44,317 nt of DNA from Gaiellales bacterium (GCA_040878265.1 JBBDMP010000004.1:1-44317), one strand, 5' to 3'. Positions 1 to 9,516 are shown, numbered from the stretch's first letter. Numbers and translations are program-made. Notes: generated by a model not told the origin, from the sequence alone.

Positions 1-143
1 CGCGGGAGGACCTGTTCAACCTGCGCTTTCAGGCAGCCACGGGCGCGCTCGACAACACCGCGCGCTTGGGGCTCGTGAAGCGTGACATCGCCCGGATTCT
101 GACTGTCAAGCACGAGCGGGAAAACCAGCTGGAGCGAAGGTAG
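1..143 (+). CDS. rpmC: 50S ribosomal protein L29, C-terminal fragment (gene begins upstream of the window)
   Basis: Open from the window edge (codon phase from nt 3) to TAG 141-143. Translates to [46 protein letters not shown], an L29-type C-terminus. Sits directly upstream of S17 as in S10 operons. Confidence 0.85.
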   Translation, partial: REDLFNLRFQAATGALDNTARLGLVKRDIARILTVKHERENQLERR

Positions 144-146
144 GGA

Positions 147-1082
147 ATGGCTAGACCACGCAAGAAGCAAGAAGAAGTCGAGCCTCAGGCGGAGGCCCCG
201 GCCGACGAGCCGGAGGTGCCGGCCGAGGAGCCCGCAGCGGAGGAGAAGCCGAAGAAGCGGGCGCCGCGGAAGAAGAAGGCCGAAGAGCCGGTCGCCGACG
301 CGGCTGCCGAAGAAGCTACCGAAGCGCCTCCGGCCGAGAAGCCGAAGCGGGCCCCGCGCAAAAAGAAGGCAGAGGAGCCGGTAGCAGAAGAGCCCCTGGC
401 TGAGGAGCCCGCCCCAGTCGAGGAGCCGGTGGCCGAGCCGGTCGCAGAAGAGCCCGCTACCGACGAGCCCGCCCCTGTAGAGGAGCCGGTGGCCGAGCCG
501 GTCGCAGAAGAGCCCGTGGCAGAGGAGCCCGCCCCCGAGCCGGTTGCAGAGGAAGCGCCTGCTGAGGAGCCGGCGGAGGAAGCTGAGCCGCCCGCCGAAG
601 AGCCGGTGGCCGAAGCGCCCGCCGAGGAGCCGGTCGCGGAAGCGCCCGCCGAAGAGCCGGTGGCCGAAGCGCCCGCCGAGGAGCCGGTGGCTGAAGCGCC
701 CGCCGAGGTCGCGCCCGGCAAGCCGAAGAAAAAGCGGCTCCCGCGTTCGCAGCGCCGCCGCCGCACGAAGCCCACCCGTGGCGGCACGGGTGTTCGCAAG
801 CCGATCACGCGTCTCCCCAACCCGGAGAAGGTGCGCAGCAACCGCAAGGAGCGCCGCGGAATCGTCGTCTCAGCCGCGATGGACAAGACGATCGTCGTGC
901 GCGTCGACACACTCAAGGCTCATTCGGTCTACAAGAAGGTTGTTCGCCGCTCGAAGAGGCTCCACGCCCACGACGAGCAGAACGCGGCCAAGGCAGGCGA
1001 CGTCGTCCGCATCGTCGAGACCCGCCCAGTGTCGAAGACCAAGACCTGGCGCCTCGCCGAGGTGCTCGAGGAAGCGAAGTAA
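147..1082 (+). CDS. rpsQ: 30S ribosomal protein S17 with a ~228-aa low-complexity N-terminal extension
   Basis: ATG 147 lies 4 nt after the L29 stop. The last ~83 aa ([82 protein letters not shown]) are canonical S17. They are preceded in the same frame, with no stop, by Pro/Glu/Ala/Lys repeats with high GC3. An internal GTG at 831 (GGAG 3 nt upstream) could also give a canonical-length S17. Confidence 0.85.
   Translation: MARPRKKQEEVEPQAEAPADEPEVPAEEPAAEEKPKKRAPRKKKAEEPVADAAAEEATEAPPAEKPKRAPRKKKAEEPVAEEPLAEEPAPVEEPVAEPVAEEPATDEPAPVEEPVAEPVAEEPVAEEPAPEPVAEEAPAEEPAEEAEPPAEEPVAEAPAEEPVAEAPAEEPVAEAPAEEPVAEAPAEVAPGKPKKKRLPRSQRRRRTKPTRGGTGVRKPITRLPNPEKVRSNRKERRGIVVSAAMDKTIVVRVDTLKAHSVYKKVVRRSKRLHAHDEQNAAKAGDVVRIVETRPVSKTKTWRLAEVLEEAK
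402..540. repeat. 60-bp tandem repeat (~2.3 copies) inside the S17 extension
   Basis: Segments 421-480 and 481-540 share their first 36 nt exactly (aggagccggtggccgagccggtcgcagaagagcccg). 402-420 matches the unit tail. The repeat is codon-aligned and encodes [18 protein letters not shown]-type units. Confidence 0.85.
594..716. repeat. 27-bp tandem repeat (4 full copies plus a partial one) inside the S17 extension
   Basis: The unit gccga(a/g)gagccggt(g/c)gc(c/g/t)gaagcgccc occurs at 594-620, 621-647, 648-674 and 675-701, with a partial copy at 702-716. It is codon-aligned and encodes (AEEPVAEAP)n. Confidence 0.9.
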
Positions 1083-1089
1083 CGAACGA

Positions 1090-1458
1090 ATGGTCCAGCA
1101 GGAATCCCGACTCCGCGTCGCCGACAACACGGGAGCCCGCGAGCTCCTTTGCATCCGCGTGCTCGGCGGCTCGAACCGCCGCTATGCGCGCGTGGGCGAC
1201 GTCATCGTCGGGACGGTCAAGGCCGCGACTCCGCAGGGCACGATCAAGAAGGGCGAGGTCGTGAAGGCGGTCGTCGTCCGCACGAGAAAGCCCTTCGGCC
1301 GCGACGACGGGACGAGCATCGCCTTCGACGAGAACGCGGCTGTGATCATCGACAACCAGAACAACCCGCGCGGCACCCGCATCTTCGGGCCGGTCGCGCG
1401 TGAGCTCAGGGAGAAAAACTTCATGAAGATCGTGTCCCTCGCGCCGGAGGTCCTTTGA
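1090..1458 (+). CDS. rplN: 50S ribosomal protein L14
   Basis: ATG 1090, in frame with the tail of track ORF 544..1458. [27 protein letters not shown]...[12 protein letters not shown] is canonical L14. First gene of the spc operon. Confidence 0.95.
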   Translation: MVQQESRLRVADNTGARELLCIRVLGGSNRRYARVGDVIVGTVKAATPQGTIKKGEVVKAVVVRTRKPFGRDDGTSIAFDENAAVIIDNQNNPRGTRIFGPVARELREKNFMKIVSLAPEVL

Positions 1459-1829
1459 TGGCCCAGGGAATGAAGATCCGCAAGGGCGACATGGTGCAGG
1501 TTCTCTCCGGCAAGGACCGGGGCAAGCAGGGTCGCGTCATCGAGGCGGACCCGCGCAAGCGACGCGTGCTGGTCGAGAATCTCAACCTGGTCAAGCGGCA
1601 CCGCAAGCCCCGCCCCTTGAAGGACTCGAGCCGTATGGGCCAGACGCAGATCCAGCCGGGCGGCGTGATCGACCTGACGGCTCCGCTGCCGGTCTCGAAC
1701 GTGATGATCGTCTGCCCGACGTGCAACCGGGCGACGCGCGTGGGCTACGAGTTCCGCGAGTCGAAGGAACGCCGGGTCAAGGTCCGCGTCTGCAAGCGCG
1801 CCGACTGCGGGGAGATTCTGGACCGGTAA
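1458..1829 (+). CDS. rplX: 50S ribosomal protein L24 (Cys4 variant)
   Basis: ATG 1458 overlaps the L14 stop (TGATG); the track ORF starts 3 nt earlier at a TTG. The KOW motif KGDMVQVLSGKDRGKQGRV is present, and spc operon order fits. The C-terminal part carries CPTC...CKRADC. Confidence 0.93.
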   Translation: MAQGMKIRKGDMVQVLSGKDRGKQGRVIEADPRKRRVLVENLNLVKRHRKPRPLKDSSRMGQTQIQPGGVIDLTAPLPVSNVMIVCPTCNRATRVGYEFRESKERRVKVRVCKRADCGEILDR

Positions 1830-2447
1830 ATGGCTGAGACGAAGACAAAACCGAAGACGAAGGCCAAGCCGAAGCCCAAGAAGGCGCAGGCCGACGGGTA
1901 CTCCCCGCGGCTCAAGGACCGCTTCGACAGCGAGGTCCGCGATTTGCTGCGTGAGCGGTTCGGCTACGGCTCCGTGATGCAGGTCCCCCGCGTCGCCAAG
2001 ATCACGCTCAACATGGGCGTGGGGGAGGCGAAGACGAACGCTCGCGTTCTCGACAAGGCAATCGACGAGCTGACGCTGATCGCAGGCCAGCGGGCCCAAA
2101 TCACGCGCGCGAAGAAGTCGATCGCCAGCTTCAAGATCCGCGAGGGGATGCCCATCGGCGCCAAGGTGACGCTGCGCGGCGCCCGCATGTGGGAGTTCCT
2201 CGACCGACTCGTGTCGATCGCGCTCCCGCGCATCCGGGACTTCCGCGGCCTCGCGCCCGAGAGCTTCGACGGACGCGGCAACTACTCGCTTGGAGTGCGC
2301 GAGCAGATCATCTTCGCCGAGATCGACTACGACGACATCGACGAGGTCCGCGGCCTCGACGTGACCATCACGACGACTGCGAAATCGGATGAGGAGGCGC
2401 TGGCGCTCTTGCGCGAGCTCGGCCTCCCCTTCCGCTCGGAGCAATAG
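1830..2447 (+). CDS. rplE: 50S ribosomal protein L5 with a Lys-rich N-terminal extension
   Basis: ATG immediately follows the L24 [44 protein letters not shown]... is canonical L5. It is preceded by [22 protein letters not shown]. Confidence 0.95.
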   Translation: MAETKTKPKTKAKPKPKKAQADGYSPRLKDRFDSEVRDLLRERFGYGSVMQVPRVAKITLNMGVGEAKTNARVLDKAIDELTLIAGQRAQITRAKKSIASFKIREGMPIGAKVTLRGARMWEFLDRLVSIALPRIRDFRGLAPESFDGRGNYSLGVREQIIFAEIDYDDIDEVRGLDVTITTTAKSDEEALALLRELGLPFRSEQ

Positions 2448-2458
2448 GAGGGTACTGA

Positions 2459-2644
2459 GTGGCGAAGAAGAGCTTGATCGCGAAAGCAGCGCGGCCGGCG
2501 AAGTTCAAGACCCGGGCCTACCGGCGTTGCAACCGCTGCGGCCGCCCGCGCGCCGTCTATCGCAAGTTCGGCCTCTGCCGGATCTGCCTGCGCGAGCTGG
2601 CCCACGAGGGCGCCGTCCCGGGCATGACGAAAGCGAGCTGGTAG
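2459..2644 (+). CDS. rpsN: 30S ribosomal protein S14, type Z (zinc-ribbon form, 61 aa)
   Basis: GTG start with TAGGAGG 8 nt upstream. [61 protein letters not shown] carries CxxC...CxxC. Confidence 0.95.
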   Translation: MAKKSLIAKAARPAKFKTRAYRRCNRCGRPRAVYRKFGLCRICLRELAHEGAVPGMTKASW

Positions 2645-2646
2645 CC

Positions 2647-3042
2647 ATGCACACGGACCCCATCGCCGACATGCTGACCCGGATCCGGAACGCCAACCGG
2701 GCTCTGCACGAGACGGCCTCGATGCCGAGCTCCCGGCTGCGCATCGAGATCGCCCGCCTCCTCAAGGAGGAGGGCTACGTCAAGGACTACCGTGTCGAGA
2801 AGGGCGAGTCGTTCGATACCCTCGTCGTCGAGCTCAAGTTCGGCAAGAACCGCGAGCGGGTGATCACCGACCTGAAGCGGGTCTCGAAGCCGGGTCGGCG
2901 GGTGTACGCGGGCAAGGACCGTCTTCCCCGCGTCCTCGGCGGCATGGGGACGGCGATCATGTCGACCTCCAACGGGCTCGTCACGAGCCGCACCGCCCAG
3001 GAGCAGGGCGTCGGCGGCGAGGTTGTTTGCTTCGTCTGGTAG
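2647..3042 (+). CDS. rpsH: 30S ribosomal protein S8
   Basis: ATG 2647 (Met87 of track ORF 2389..3042). [22 protein letters not shown]... is canonical S8. Confidence 0.95.
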   Translation: MHTDPIADMLTRIRNANRALHETASMPSSRLRIEIARLLKEEGYVKDYRVEKGESFDTLVVELKFGKNRERVITDLKRVSKPGRRVYAGKDRLPRVLGGMGTAIMSTSNGLVTSRTAQEQGVGGEVVCFVW

Positions 3043-3046
3043 CGCA

Positions 3047-3580
3047 ATGAGCCGTATCGGAAAGAGACCCATCGAGATTCCCGCAGGCGTCACCGTCTCG
3101 CTCTCGCCTGGGCTCGTGACGATCAACGGCCCGCTCGGTGAGCTGCAGGGGCCGATCCCGCGGCGGATCGACATCCAGCAGGCGGATGCCGAGCTCGTGC
3201 TCAAGCGCCCCACGGAGCGCGGCGAGGACCGGGCCCTGCACGGGCTCGCGCGCACGCTCGTCGCGAACATGGTCGAGGGCGTCACGAAGGGCTTCGAGAA
3301 GCGACTCGAGATCCAGGGGGTCGGCTACCGGGCCGCGCTGCGCGGTACCGATCTGGAGCTCAACGTCGGCTTCTCGCATTCCGTGGTGAAGAAGCCGCCT
3401 CAGGGCATCACGTTCGAGGTTCCCGCGCCGAACTCGGTCGTCGTCAAGGGCATCGACAAGCAGATGGTTGGCCAGGTTGCGGCTGAGGTGCGCGCCGTGC
3501 GGCCGCCGGAGCCCTACAAGGGCAAGGGCATCCGCTACGAGGGCGAGCACGTCCGCCGCAAGGTCGGAAAGCGCGCCTAA
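3047..3580 (+). CDS. rplF: 50S ribosomal protein L6
   Basis: ATG 3047 (Met9 of track ORF 3023..3580). [17 protein letters not shown]...[20 protein letters not shown] is canonical L6. Confidence 0.95.
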   Translation: MSRIGKRPIEIPAGVTVSLSPGLVTINGPLGELQGPIPRRIDIQQADAELVLKRPTERGEDRALHGLARTLVANMVEGVTKGFEKRLEIQGVGYRAALRGTDLELNVGFSHSVVKKPPQGITFEVPAPNSVVVKGIDKQMVGQVAAEVRAVRPPEPYKGKGIRYEGEHVRRKVGKRA

Positions 3581-3936
3581 TGCCGACGCTGACCGTCAGA
3601 GAAGCCCGCTCCCGGCGCCACAAGCGCGTTCGCCGGAAGATCGTCGGTTCGACCGAGCGGCCGCGCCTGGTCGTGTTCCGCTCCAACCGCGGGATTTCGG
3701 CCCAACTCGTCGACGACGCGGGGCGGACGACACTCGCTTCCGCCGGCCACGGCCAGCTGAAGAAAGGGTTCAAGGGCACGAAGACGGAGCAGGCGGCCGA
3801 GGTCGGCAAGCTCCTCTCCGCTAGCGCGAAGAGCGCCGGCATCGAGACGGTCGTCTTCGACCGGGCCGGGTACCTGTTCCACGGGCGCGTGAAGGCGCTC
3901 GCCGATGCCGCACGCGAAGGAGGTCTGAAGTTTTGA
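3580..3936 (+). CDS. rplR: 50S ribosomal protein L18
   Basis: TAATG overlap with the L6 stop. [34 protein letters not shown]...[25 protein letters not shown] is canonical L18. Confidence 0.95.
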   Translation: MPTLTVREARSRRHKRVRRKIVGSTERPRLVVFRSNRGISAQLVDDAGRTTLASAGHGQLKKGFKGTKTEQAAEVGKLLSASAKSAGIETVVFDRAGYLFHGRVKALADAAREGGLKF

Positions 3937-4517
3937 GCACCGTCGAGCGCCAAGCTGAGCGCAACTTCGAGCGCGAGTCCCGCGAGCTCAAGGAGCGCGT
4001 CGTCGAGATCAACCGCGTCGCCAAGGTCGTCAAGGGCGGTCGACGCTTCTCGTTCACGGCTCTCGTCGTGATCGGGGACGAGGTCGACCGTGTCGGTGTC
4101 GGTTACGGCAAGGCGCGCGAGGTCCCGCTCGCGATCTCCAAGGCCGTCGACGACGCGAAGAAGAACATCTTCGAGGTGCCGAAGAAGGGCACGACGATCA
4201 CGCACGAGGTGCTCGGTCGCTCGGACGCCTCCCGCGTGCTGCTCCGCCCGGCGAGCGAGGGGACGGGCGTCATCGCCGGCGGCGGGGTGCGGGCCGTGCT
4301 CGAGCTGGCTGGCATCCGCGACATCCTCGCCAAGAGTTTGGGCAACCCGAACCCGGTCAACCTCCTGAAGGCCACGGTCAACGGGCTGAAGCAGCTCCGT
4401 CGCCCCGAGGAGGTCGCCCGCATCCGCGGGAAGGCGGTCAACGAGATCCTGTTCCCGCGCGCGAGGACCGAAGAGAAGAAGACGAATGGCGAAGCTGAGG
4501 ATCACCCAAACCCGTAG
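3933..4517 (+). CDS. rpsE: 30S ribosomal protein S5
   Basis: TTG start overlapping the L18 stop. [29 protein letters not shown]...[19 protein letters not shown] is canonical S5, with a short extra C-terminal tail. Confidence 0.93.
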   Translation: MSTVERQAERNFERESRELKERVVEINRVAKVVKGGRRFSFTALVVIGDEVDRVGVGYGKAREVPLAISKAVDDAKKNIFEVPKKGTTITHEVLGRSDASRVLLRPASEGTGVIAGGGVRAVLELAGIRDILAKSLGNPNPVNLLKATVNGLKQLRRPEEVARIRGKAVNEILFPRARTEEKKTNGEAEDHPNP

Positions 4518-4665
4518 CCAGATCGGGCAGACGGCCAAGCACCGCGGCACGCTGCGCGCTCTCGGCCTGGGCAAGATCGGCCGCACGGTTGAGCGGGAGG
4601 AGACCCCGGACACGCTGGGTATGCTCAGAAAAGTCCGCCACCTCGTCCGGATCGAAGAGAACTAA
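4486..4665 (+). CDS. rpmD: 50S ribosomal protein L30 (59 aa; below the ORF-track length cutoff)
   Basis: Translated by hand from ATG 4486 to TAA 4663-4665: [59 protein letters not shown], an L30 signature. Lies at the expected S5-L30-L15 position. Overlaps the S5 3' end by 32 nt and its stop overlaps the L15 ATG. Confidence 0.88.
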   Translation: MAKLRITQTRSQIGQTAKHRGTLRALGLGKIGRTVEREETPDTLGMLRKVRHLVRIEEN

Positions 4666-5330
4666 TGCCTGAGAAGCTCAACCTCTCGACGCTGCAGCCT
4701 GCGCAGAAGCGCCGCCCGCGCAAGCGGGTCGGACGCGGCCTGGGCTCGGGCAAGGGACGTTATTCCGGACGCGGGATCAAGGGCCAGAAGTCCCGCTCGG
4801 GCTCGCACTCGATGCGCCCCGGCTTCGAGGGCGGCCAGATGCCGATCTACATGCGCGTGGGCAAGCTTCGCGGCGCGAACAAGCGCAAGTCGATGCCGAT
4901 CGGCCCGCACCGGACGGAGACTGTGCCGGTCAACGTGCGTGACCTCGAGCGCGTCTTCGAGGACGGCGCCGAGGTAACCCTCGAGGCGCTGGTCGAGAAG
5001 GGCCTGATCAAGAACACGCGAATCGACGTGAAGATCCTCGGCCACGGCGAGCTGAAGAAGAAGCTCACTGTGACCGCGCACGGGTTTTCCAAGTCGGCGG
5101 GCGAGAAGATCGAGGCGGCCGGCGGCAGCGTCACCGCGCTCCGCCCCCCGCGAGAGATCAAGAAGAAGCGCCGCCGCAAGGCGAAGCCCGCAGTCGAGGA
5201 AGAGCCGGAGACGGAGGAAGGGCCCGAAGGCGAGGGAGGGCCCAAGTCCGAAGCGCCCGAGAGTGAAGAGACCGCGGCGGAGGTGGCTGAGGAGTCCTCG
5301 CCCGAATCCGCTCAGGATTCGGGCGAATAA
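4665..5330 (+). CDS. rplO: 50S ribosomal protein L15 with an acidic C-terminal tail
   Basis: [40 protein letters not shown] is the canonical L15 N-terminus. About 65 extra C-terminal residues are rich in Glu/Pro/Ser. Confidence 0.93.
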   Translation: MPEKLNLSTLQPAQKRRPRKRVGRGLGSGKGRYSGRGIKGQKSRSGSHSMRPGFEGGQMPIYMRVGKLRGANKRKSMPIGPHRTETVPVNVRDLERVFEDGAEVTLEALVEKGLIKNTRIDVKILGHGELKKKLTVTAHGFSKSAGEKIEAAGGSVTALRPPREIKKKRRRKAKPAVEEEPETEEGPEGEGGPKSEAPESEETAAEVAEESSPESAQDSGE

Positions 5331-6583
5331 TGTTCTCCTGGCTCGCGAATGCGTGGCGGGTCCCCGAGATCCGTCGCCGCGTCCTCTTCACGGCGATGAT
5401 CCTCGGGATCTACCGGCTCGGGGTCTGGATTCCGACCCCGGGTGTCGATCCGGAAGCGATCGAGCAGTACTTCAGCGGCCAGGGCGGCACCATCCTCGGC
5501 CTGCTCAACATCTTCTCGGGCGGCGCGCTCTCCCAGTTCGCGCTCTTCGCGCTCGGGATCATGCCCTACGTCACGGCCTCGATCATCCTCCAGCTGATGA
5601 CGGTCGTCATCCCGCGGCTCGAGCAGCTGCAGAAGGAAGGCGAGTCGGGCTACGCGAAGATCAACCAGTACACCCGCTATTTGGCTGTCGCGCTGTCCGC
5701 GCTACAGGCGATGGGGTACTCGTACCTCTTCAACCGCCAGGGGGCGCTCGAGCTGAACGGCGGGCGCTTCGTCCTCATCGTCATCTCGCTGACCGCCGCG
5801 ACGACGCTCCTCATGTGGATGGGCGAGCTGATCACGAAGCGGGGCATCGGCAACGGCATCTCGCTCCTCATCTTCGCGTCGATTCTGGCCAGCCTTCCCG
5901 GCGGGATCCGAGCCTGGTACGAGGGCGGCCCCTTCGAGCGCGTCATGTTCCCGCTCATCGCGATCGCGATCATCGTCGCCGTCGTCTTCGTCCAGGAGGG
6001 ACAGCGGAAAATTCCGATCCAGTACGCGAAGCGGATGGTGGGGCGGCGGATGACCTCGGGCGGCTCGACCTACATGCCCCTGCGCGTGAACATGGCCGGG
6101 GTGATCCCGATCATCTTCGCGGCCGCGATCATGGCCTTCCCGCCGACGACCGCGCAGTTCTTCCCGCAGACGCAGACCTTTATCAACGAGCACTTCCTGC
6201 CAACGGACTTGACCTACATGCTGATGCAGGGCTTCCTCATCGTGATCTTCACGTACTTCTACACCGCGGTCCAGTTCAATCCGGTCGACCAGGCGGACAA
6301 CCTCCGCAAGTACGGGGGCTACGTTCCCGGGATCCGGCCCGGGCCCCCGACGGCGCAGTACCTCGACCGCGTGCTGACGAGGCTGACCCTGCCCGGATCG
6401 CTCTACCTCGCCCTCGTTGCGACGTTGCCGACTCTCTTCATCCGCTACGGCGGCTTCTCGCAGGCGACGTCTGCGGCGCTCGGCGGCACGTCGATCCTCA
6501 TCGTGGTGGGCGTCGCGCTCGACACCATGCGCCAGATGGAGTCGCAGATGATGATGCGCCATTACGAGGGCTTCCTGAAGTAG
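5330..6583 (+). CDS. secY: Preprotein translocase subunit SecY
   Basis: 417 aa, multi-pass membrane protein. Contains IFALGIMPYVTASIILQL...GESGYAKINQYTRYL. TAATG overlap with L15, in the spc operon position. Confidence 0.95.
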   Translation: MFSWLANAWRVPEIRRRVLFTAMILGIYRLGVWIPTPGVDPEAIEQYFSGQGGTILGLLNIFSGGALSQFALFALGIMPYVTASIILQLMTVVIPRLEQLQKEGESGYAKINQYTRYLAVALSALQAMGYSYLFNRQGALELNGGRFVLIVISLTAATTLLMWMGELITKRGIGNGISLLIFASILASLPGGIRAWYEGGPFERVMFPLIAIAIIVAVVFVQEGQRKIPIQYAKRMVGRRMTSGGSTYMPLRVNMAGVIPIIFAAAIMAFPPTTAQFFPQTQTFINEHFLPTDLTYMLMQGFLIVIFTYFYTAVQFNPVDQADNLRKYGGYVPGIRPGPPTAQYLDRVLTRLTLPGSLYLALVATLPTLFIRYGGFSQATSAALGGTSILIVVGVALDTMRQMESQMMMRHYEGFLK

Positions 6584-6588
6584 CGGTC

Positions 6589-7155
6589 GTGCCCCTCGAC
6601 ATCGTGATTCTCGGCCCTCCCGGGGCCGGCAAGGGGACCCAGGCGGAACGCATCGTTTCCGAGACGGGCCTCCCGCATATCAACACCGGTGATCTGCTCC
6701 GCGCGGAGATTGAGGCCGGTACCGAGCTCGGAAGAAACGTCGAGGCCATTCTGGCCCGCGGCGATCTCGTCTCGGATGACATCGTGATCGAGCTCGTGCG
6801 GAAGCGTCTCCAGGACCCCGACACGAGCGAGGGCTTCGTCCTCGAGGGCTTTCCCCGCACCCTCGCCCAGGCGGAAGCGCTCGACGCGATGCTCGCGGAG
6901 CTCGACCGCGAGTTGTCCGTCGTCCTCCACTTCCAGCTGCCCGAAGACATCGCGCTCGAGCGGCTTCGCCTGCGCGGCCGCACCGACGATAACCCCGAAA
7001 CGATCAGGCACCGGATGAACGTCCAGCGCGTGCCTGATGAAGTCATCGAGTACTACCGGGCCCGGGGGATCCTCGTCGGGGTCCATGCCGACCGCTCTGT
7101 CGACGAGGTGTTTGCCGAGGTCCAGGACGTCCTCGAGACGGCGGCCGCCAGATGA
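6589..7155 (+). CDS. adk: Adenylate kinase (short form, no zinc lid)
   Basis: GTG 6589, in frame with the tail of track ORF 5263..7155. P-loop ILGPPGAGKGTQ is present. The upstream part of that 630-aa ORF overlaps secY out of frame and is rejected. Confidence 0.9.
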   Translation: MPLDIVILGPPGAGKGTQAERIVSETGLPHINTGDLLRAEIEAGTELGRNVEAILARGDLVSDDIVIELVRKRLQDPDTSEGFVLEGFPRTLAQAEALDAMLAELDRELSVVLHFQLPEDIALERLRLRGRTDDNPETIRHRMNVQRVPDEVIEYYRARGILVGVHADRSVDEVFAEVQDVLETAAAR

Positions 7156-7916
7156 TTGTCAGGAAGTCGCACGACGAGATCGAGACGATGGCGCGCGCGG
7201 GGCGGGTGGTCGTGGACACGCTCGCGCTTCTGCGTGAGCGGATCCGTCCCGGCGTCACGACGAAGGAGTTGGACGAGGCGGCCGAGGAGTACATCCGCTC
7301 CCAGGGAGGAGTCCCGACGTTCAAGGGTTATCACGGCTTCCCCGCTTCGATCTGCACGTCGCCGAACTCGATGGTCGTCCACGGCATCCCGGGCTCCTAC
7401 CGGCTGGACGAGGGGGACCTCATGTCGATCGACGTGGGCGTGACCCTCGACGGCCTCGTGGCCGACTCGGCCTACACCTTTTCGGTGGGCGAGATCGACG
7501 CCGGGGCCCAGCGGCTGCTCGACGTCGCCCAGGCGGCCCTCGATGCGGGCATCGCCGAGGCCCAGGCGGGCAAGCACATCGGCGACATCTCGGCCGCCGT
7601 GCAGCGGACTACCGAGGAGGCGGGGTTCTCGGTCGTGCGCTCGCTCGTCGGTCACGGCGTCGGGCGCTCGATGCACGAGGAGCCGCAGATCCCGAACTTC
7701 GGCCAGCCGGGGGGCGGCCCGGAGCTGGCGCCCGGGATGACGCTCGCTATCGAGCCGATGATCAACGCGGGAGGCCCGGGCGTGTGGGTGGCCGACGATC
7801 GGTGGTCGATCTCGACCGAGGACGGCTCCCTCTCGGCCCACTTCGAGCACACCGTTGCGGTCACCGAAACGGGCCCGAGAATCCTGACGAACGCACAGGT
7901 CCCTCTGGTACGATGA
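7152..7916 (+). CDS. map: Type I methionine aminopeptidase
   Basis: ATGA overlap with adk. Metal-ligand context [12 protein letters not shown]...[11 protein letters not shown]...AIEPM...EHTV matches MetAP. Confidence 0.93.
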   Translation: MIVRKSHDEIETMARAGRVVVDTLALLRERIRPGVTTKELDEAAEEYIRSQGGVPTFKGYHGFPASICTSPNSMVVHGIPGSYRLDEGDLMSIDVGVTLDGLVADSAYTFSVGEIDAGAQRLLDVAQAALDAGIAEAQAGKHIGDISAAVQRTTEEAGFSVVRSLVGHGVGRSMHEEPQIPNFGQPGGGPELAPGMTLAIEPMINAGGPGVWVADDRWSISTEDGSLSAHFEHTVAVTETGPRILTNAQVPLVR

Positions 7917-7965
7917 ACGGTCGCGGCTGGGCCGGGCATCGCCGTGGCGCGCCGCTATTTCTCTG

Positions 7966-8079
7966 ATGAAGGTACGAGCGTCAGTCAAACCGATGTGCGA
8001 CCGCTGCCGTGTGATCAAGCGGCACGGTCGCGTGCTGGTCATCTGCACGAATCCGCGGCACAAGCAGCGGCAGGGCTAG
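7966..8079 (+). CDS. rpmJ: 50S ribosomal protein L36 (37 aa; below the ORF-track cutoff)
   Basis: Translated by hand: [37 protein letters not shown], a canonical zinc-ribbon L36. Immediately upstream of S13. Confidence 0.92.
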   Translation: MKVRASVKPMCDRCRVIKRHGRVLVICTNPRHKQRQG

Positions 8080-8104
8080 GAAAGCTAGGAAAGGAACAAG
8101 GAAC

Positions 8105-8488
8105 TTGGCACGAATCGCAGGCGTCAATCTTCCGCGCGAGAAGCGGCTCGAGATCGGGCTTACCTACATCTACGGGATCGGCCCTTCGACGGCTCGCCGC
8201 ATCTGCGCCGAGCTCGGATTTTCCCTGGACGAGAAAGTCCGCGATCTGACGGACGCGGAGATCACCAAGCTCAGGAACTTCATCGATGGGAATCTCCAGG
8301 TGGAGGGCGACCTCCGCCGAGAGCGCTCGCAGTCGATCAAGCGCCTCCAGGAGATCGGCGCCTACCGCGGAGTCCGGCATCGTCGCGGCCTGCCCGTGAA
8401 CGGCCAGCGGACGAAGACGAACGGCCGTACCCGGAAGGGTCCGAAGAAGACGGTCGGCCGCGGCAAGAAGGCGCCGCAAAAGACGTAA
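8105..8488 (+). CDS. rpsM: 30S ribosomal protein S13
   Basis: TTG start preceded by [37 protein letters not shown] is canonical S13. Confidence 0.95.
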   Translation: MARIAGVNLPREKRLEIGLTYIYGIGPSTARRICAELGFSLDEKVRDLTDAEITKLRNFIDGNLQVEGDLRRERSQSIKRLQEIGAYRGVRHRRGLPVNGQRTKTNGRTRKGPKKTVGRGKKAPQKT

Positions 8489-8491
8489 CGC

Positions 8492-8896
8492 ATGGCGCCT
8501 CCTAGAAGACAAGCAACGAAGGGCCGCACGCGCCGCCGCGTGAAGAAGAACATCGCCATCGGGCAGGCGCACATCAAGACGTCGTTCAACAACACGATCG
8601 TCACCCTCACCGACAAGGAAGGCGCCGTGATCGTCTGGGAGAGCGCCGGCTCGGCCGGCTTCAAGGGGTCGCGCAAGTCGACGCCGTTCGCCGCGCAGGT
8701 GACGGCGGACTCGGCCGCGCGCAAGGGCATGGAGCACGGCCTCCAGAAGGTCGAGGTGTTCGTGAAGGGTCCCGGCTCCGGGCGCGAGACCGCCATTCGC
8801 TCCCTCCAGGCCGCCGGCCTCGAGGTGCTGAGCGTGCGCGATGTCACGCCGCAGGCGCATAACGGCGTCCGCCAGAAGAAAAGGCGGAGGGTCTAG
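8492..8896 (+). CDS. rpsK: 30S ribosomal protein S11
   Basis: [46 protein letters not shown] is canonical S11. Confidence 0.95.
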   Translation: MAPPRRQATKGRTRRRVKKNIAIGQAHIKTSFNNTIVTLTDKEGAVIVWESAGSAGFKGSRKSTPFAAQVTADSAARKGMEHGLQKVEVFVKGPGSGRETAIRSLQAAGLEVLSVRDVTPQAHNGVRQKKRRRV

Positions 8897-9516
8897 TGGC
8901 CCGAAGCATCGGCCCGAAGTGCAAGCTCTGCCGCCGCGAGGGCATGAAGCTCTTCCTGAAGGGCGAGCGCTGCCTGACGGAGAAGTGCGCCGTCGAGCGG
9001 CGCAGCTATCCGCCCGGCGAGCACGGCCGCGGGCGCATCAAGCAGTCCGAGTACCTGCTGCAGCTGCGCGAGAAGCAGAAGGCGCGCCGCTACTACGGGA
9101 TCCTCGAGAAGCAGTTTCGCAACTACTACGAGAAGGCCGCCAAGGCCTCGGGCATCACGGGCGAGGCCCTCCTGCGCATGCTGGAGACGCGGCTGGACAA
9201 CGTCGTCTACCGGCTCGGCTTCGCGGCCTCGCGCGCGCAGGCTCGTCAGCTGATCCGCCACGGCCACTTCCAGGTCAACGGCCGCCGGGTGAACATTCCG
9301 AGCTACCAGGTGCGGCCGAACGACATCGTGTCGCTCAAGCCGGGCAGCTCGGTCGAGCCCGTCGTCCGCGACGCGACCGACCTGACCGCGTCCGTGGCGC
9401 CCTGGCTGCAGGCCGACCACGAGAACCTCACCGGCAAGGTGCTCAAGTGGCCCGAGCGCGAGGAGATCGACACGCCGGTGCAAGAGCAGCTCATCGTCGA
9501 GCTCTATTCGAAGTAA
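8896..9516 (+). CDS. rpsD: 30S ribosomal protein S4
   Basis: GTG overlaps the S11 stop. [26 protein letters not shown]...[16 protein letters not shown] is canonical S4. Confidence 0.95.
   Translation: MARSIGPKCKLCRREGMKLFLKGERCLTEKCAVERRSYPPGEHGRGRIKQSEYLLQLREKQKARRYYGILEKQFRNYYEKAAKASGITGEALLRMLETRLDNVVYRLGFAASRAQARQLIRHGHFQVNGRRVNIPSYQVRPNDIVSLKPGSSVEPVVRDATDLTASVAPWLQADHENLTGKVLKWPEREEIDTPVQEQLIVELYSK

Noticed and set aside
185-916. 243-aa minus-strand ORF ([10 protein letters not shown] repeats) across the S17 extension
   Set aside because: It is the mirror image of the in-frame Pro/Glu/Ala repeats. It has no start context or homology, and the plus frame is anchored by the S17 domain and operon position.
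1182-2444. 420-aa minus-strand ORF, and similar long antisense ORFs at 3444-4613, 5702-6562, 7053-8063 and 9491-10957
   Set aside because: They lie antisense to unmistakable ribosomal protein, secY, map and rpoA genes. Their Arg/Ala/Asp/Leu-biased composition is typical of stop-poor frames in high-GC DNA.
5263-6588. N-terminal 442 aa of the 630-aa track ORF ending at 7155
   Set aside because: It overlaps secY out of frame with Arg/Pro-rich nonsense sequence. Only the part from GTG 6589 is adenylate kinase.
7917-7965. A short infA-like ORF between map and rpmJ
   Set aside because: The gap is 49 nt, far too short for the ~72-codon IF-1 gene, and no frame is open.
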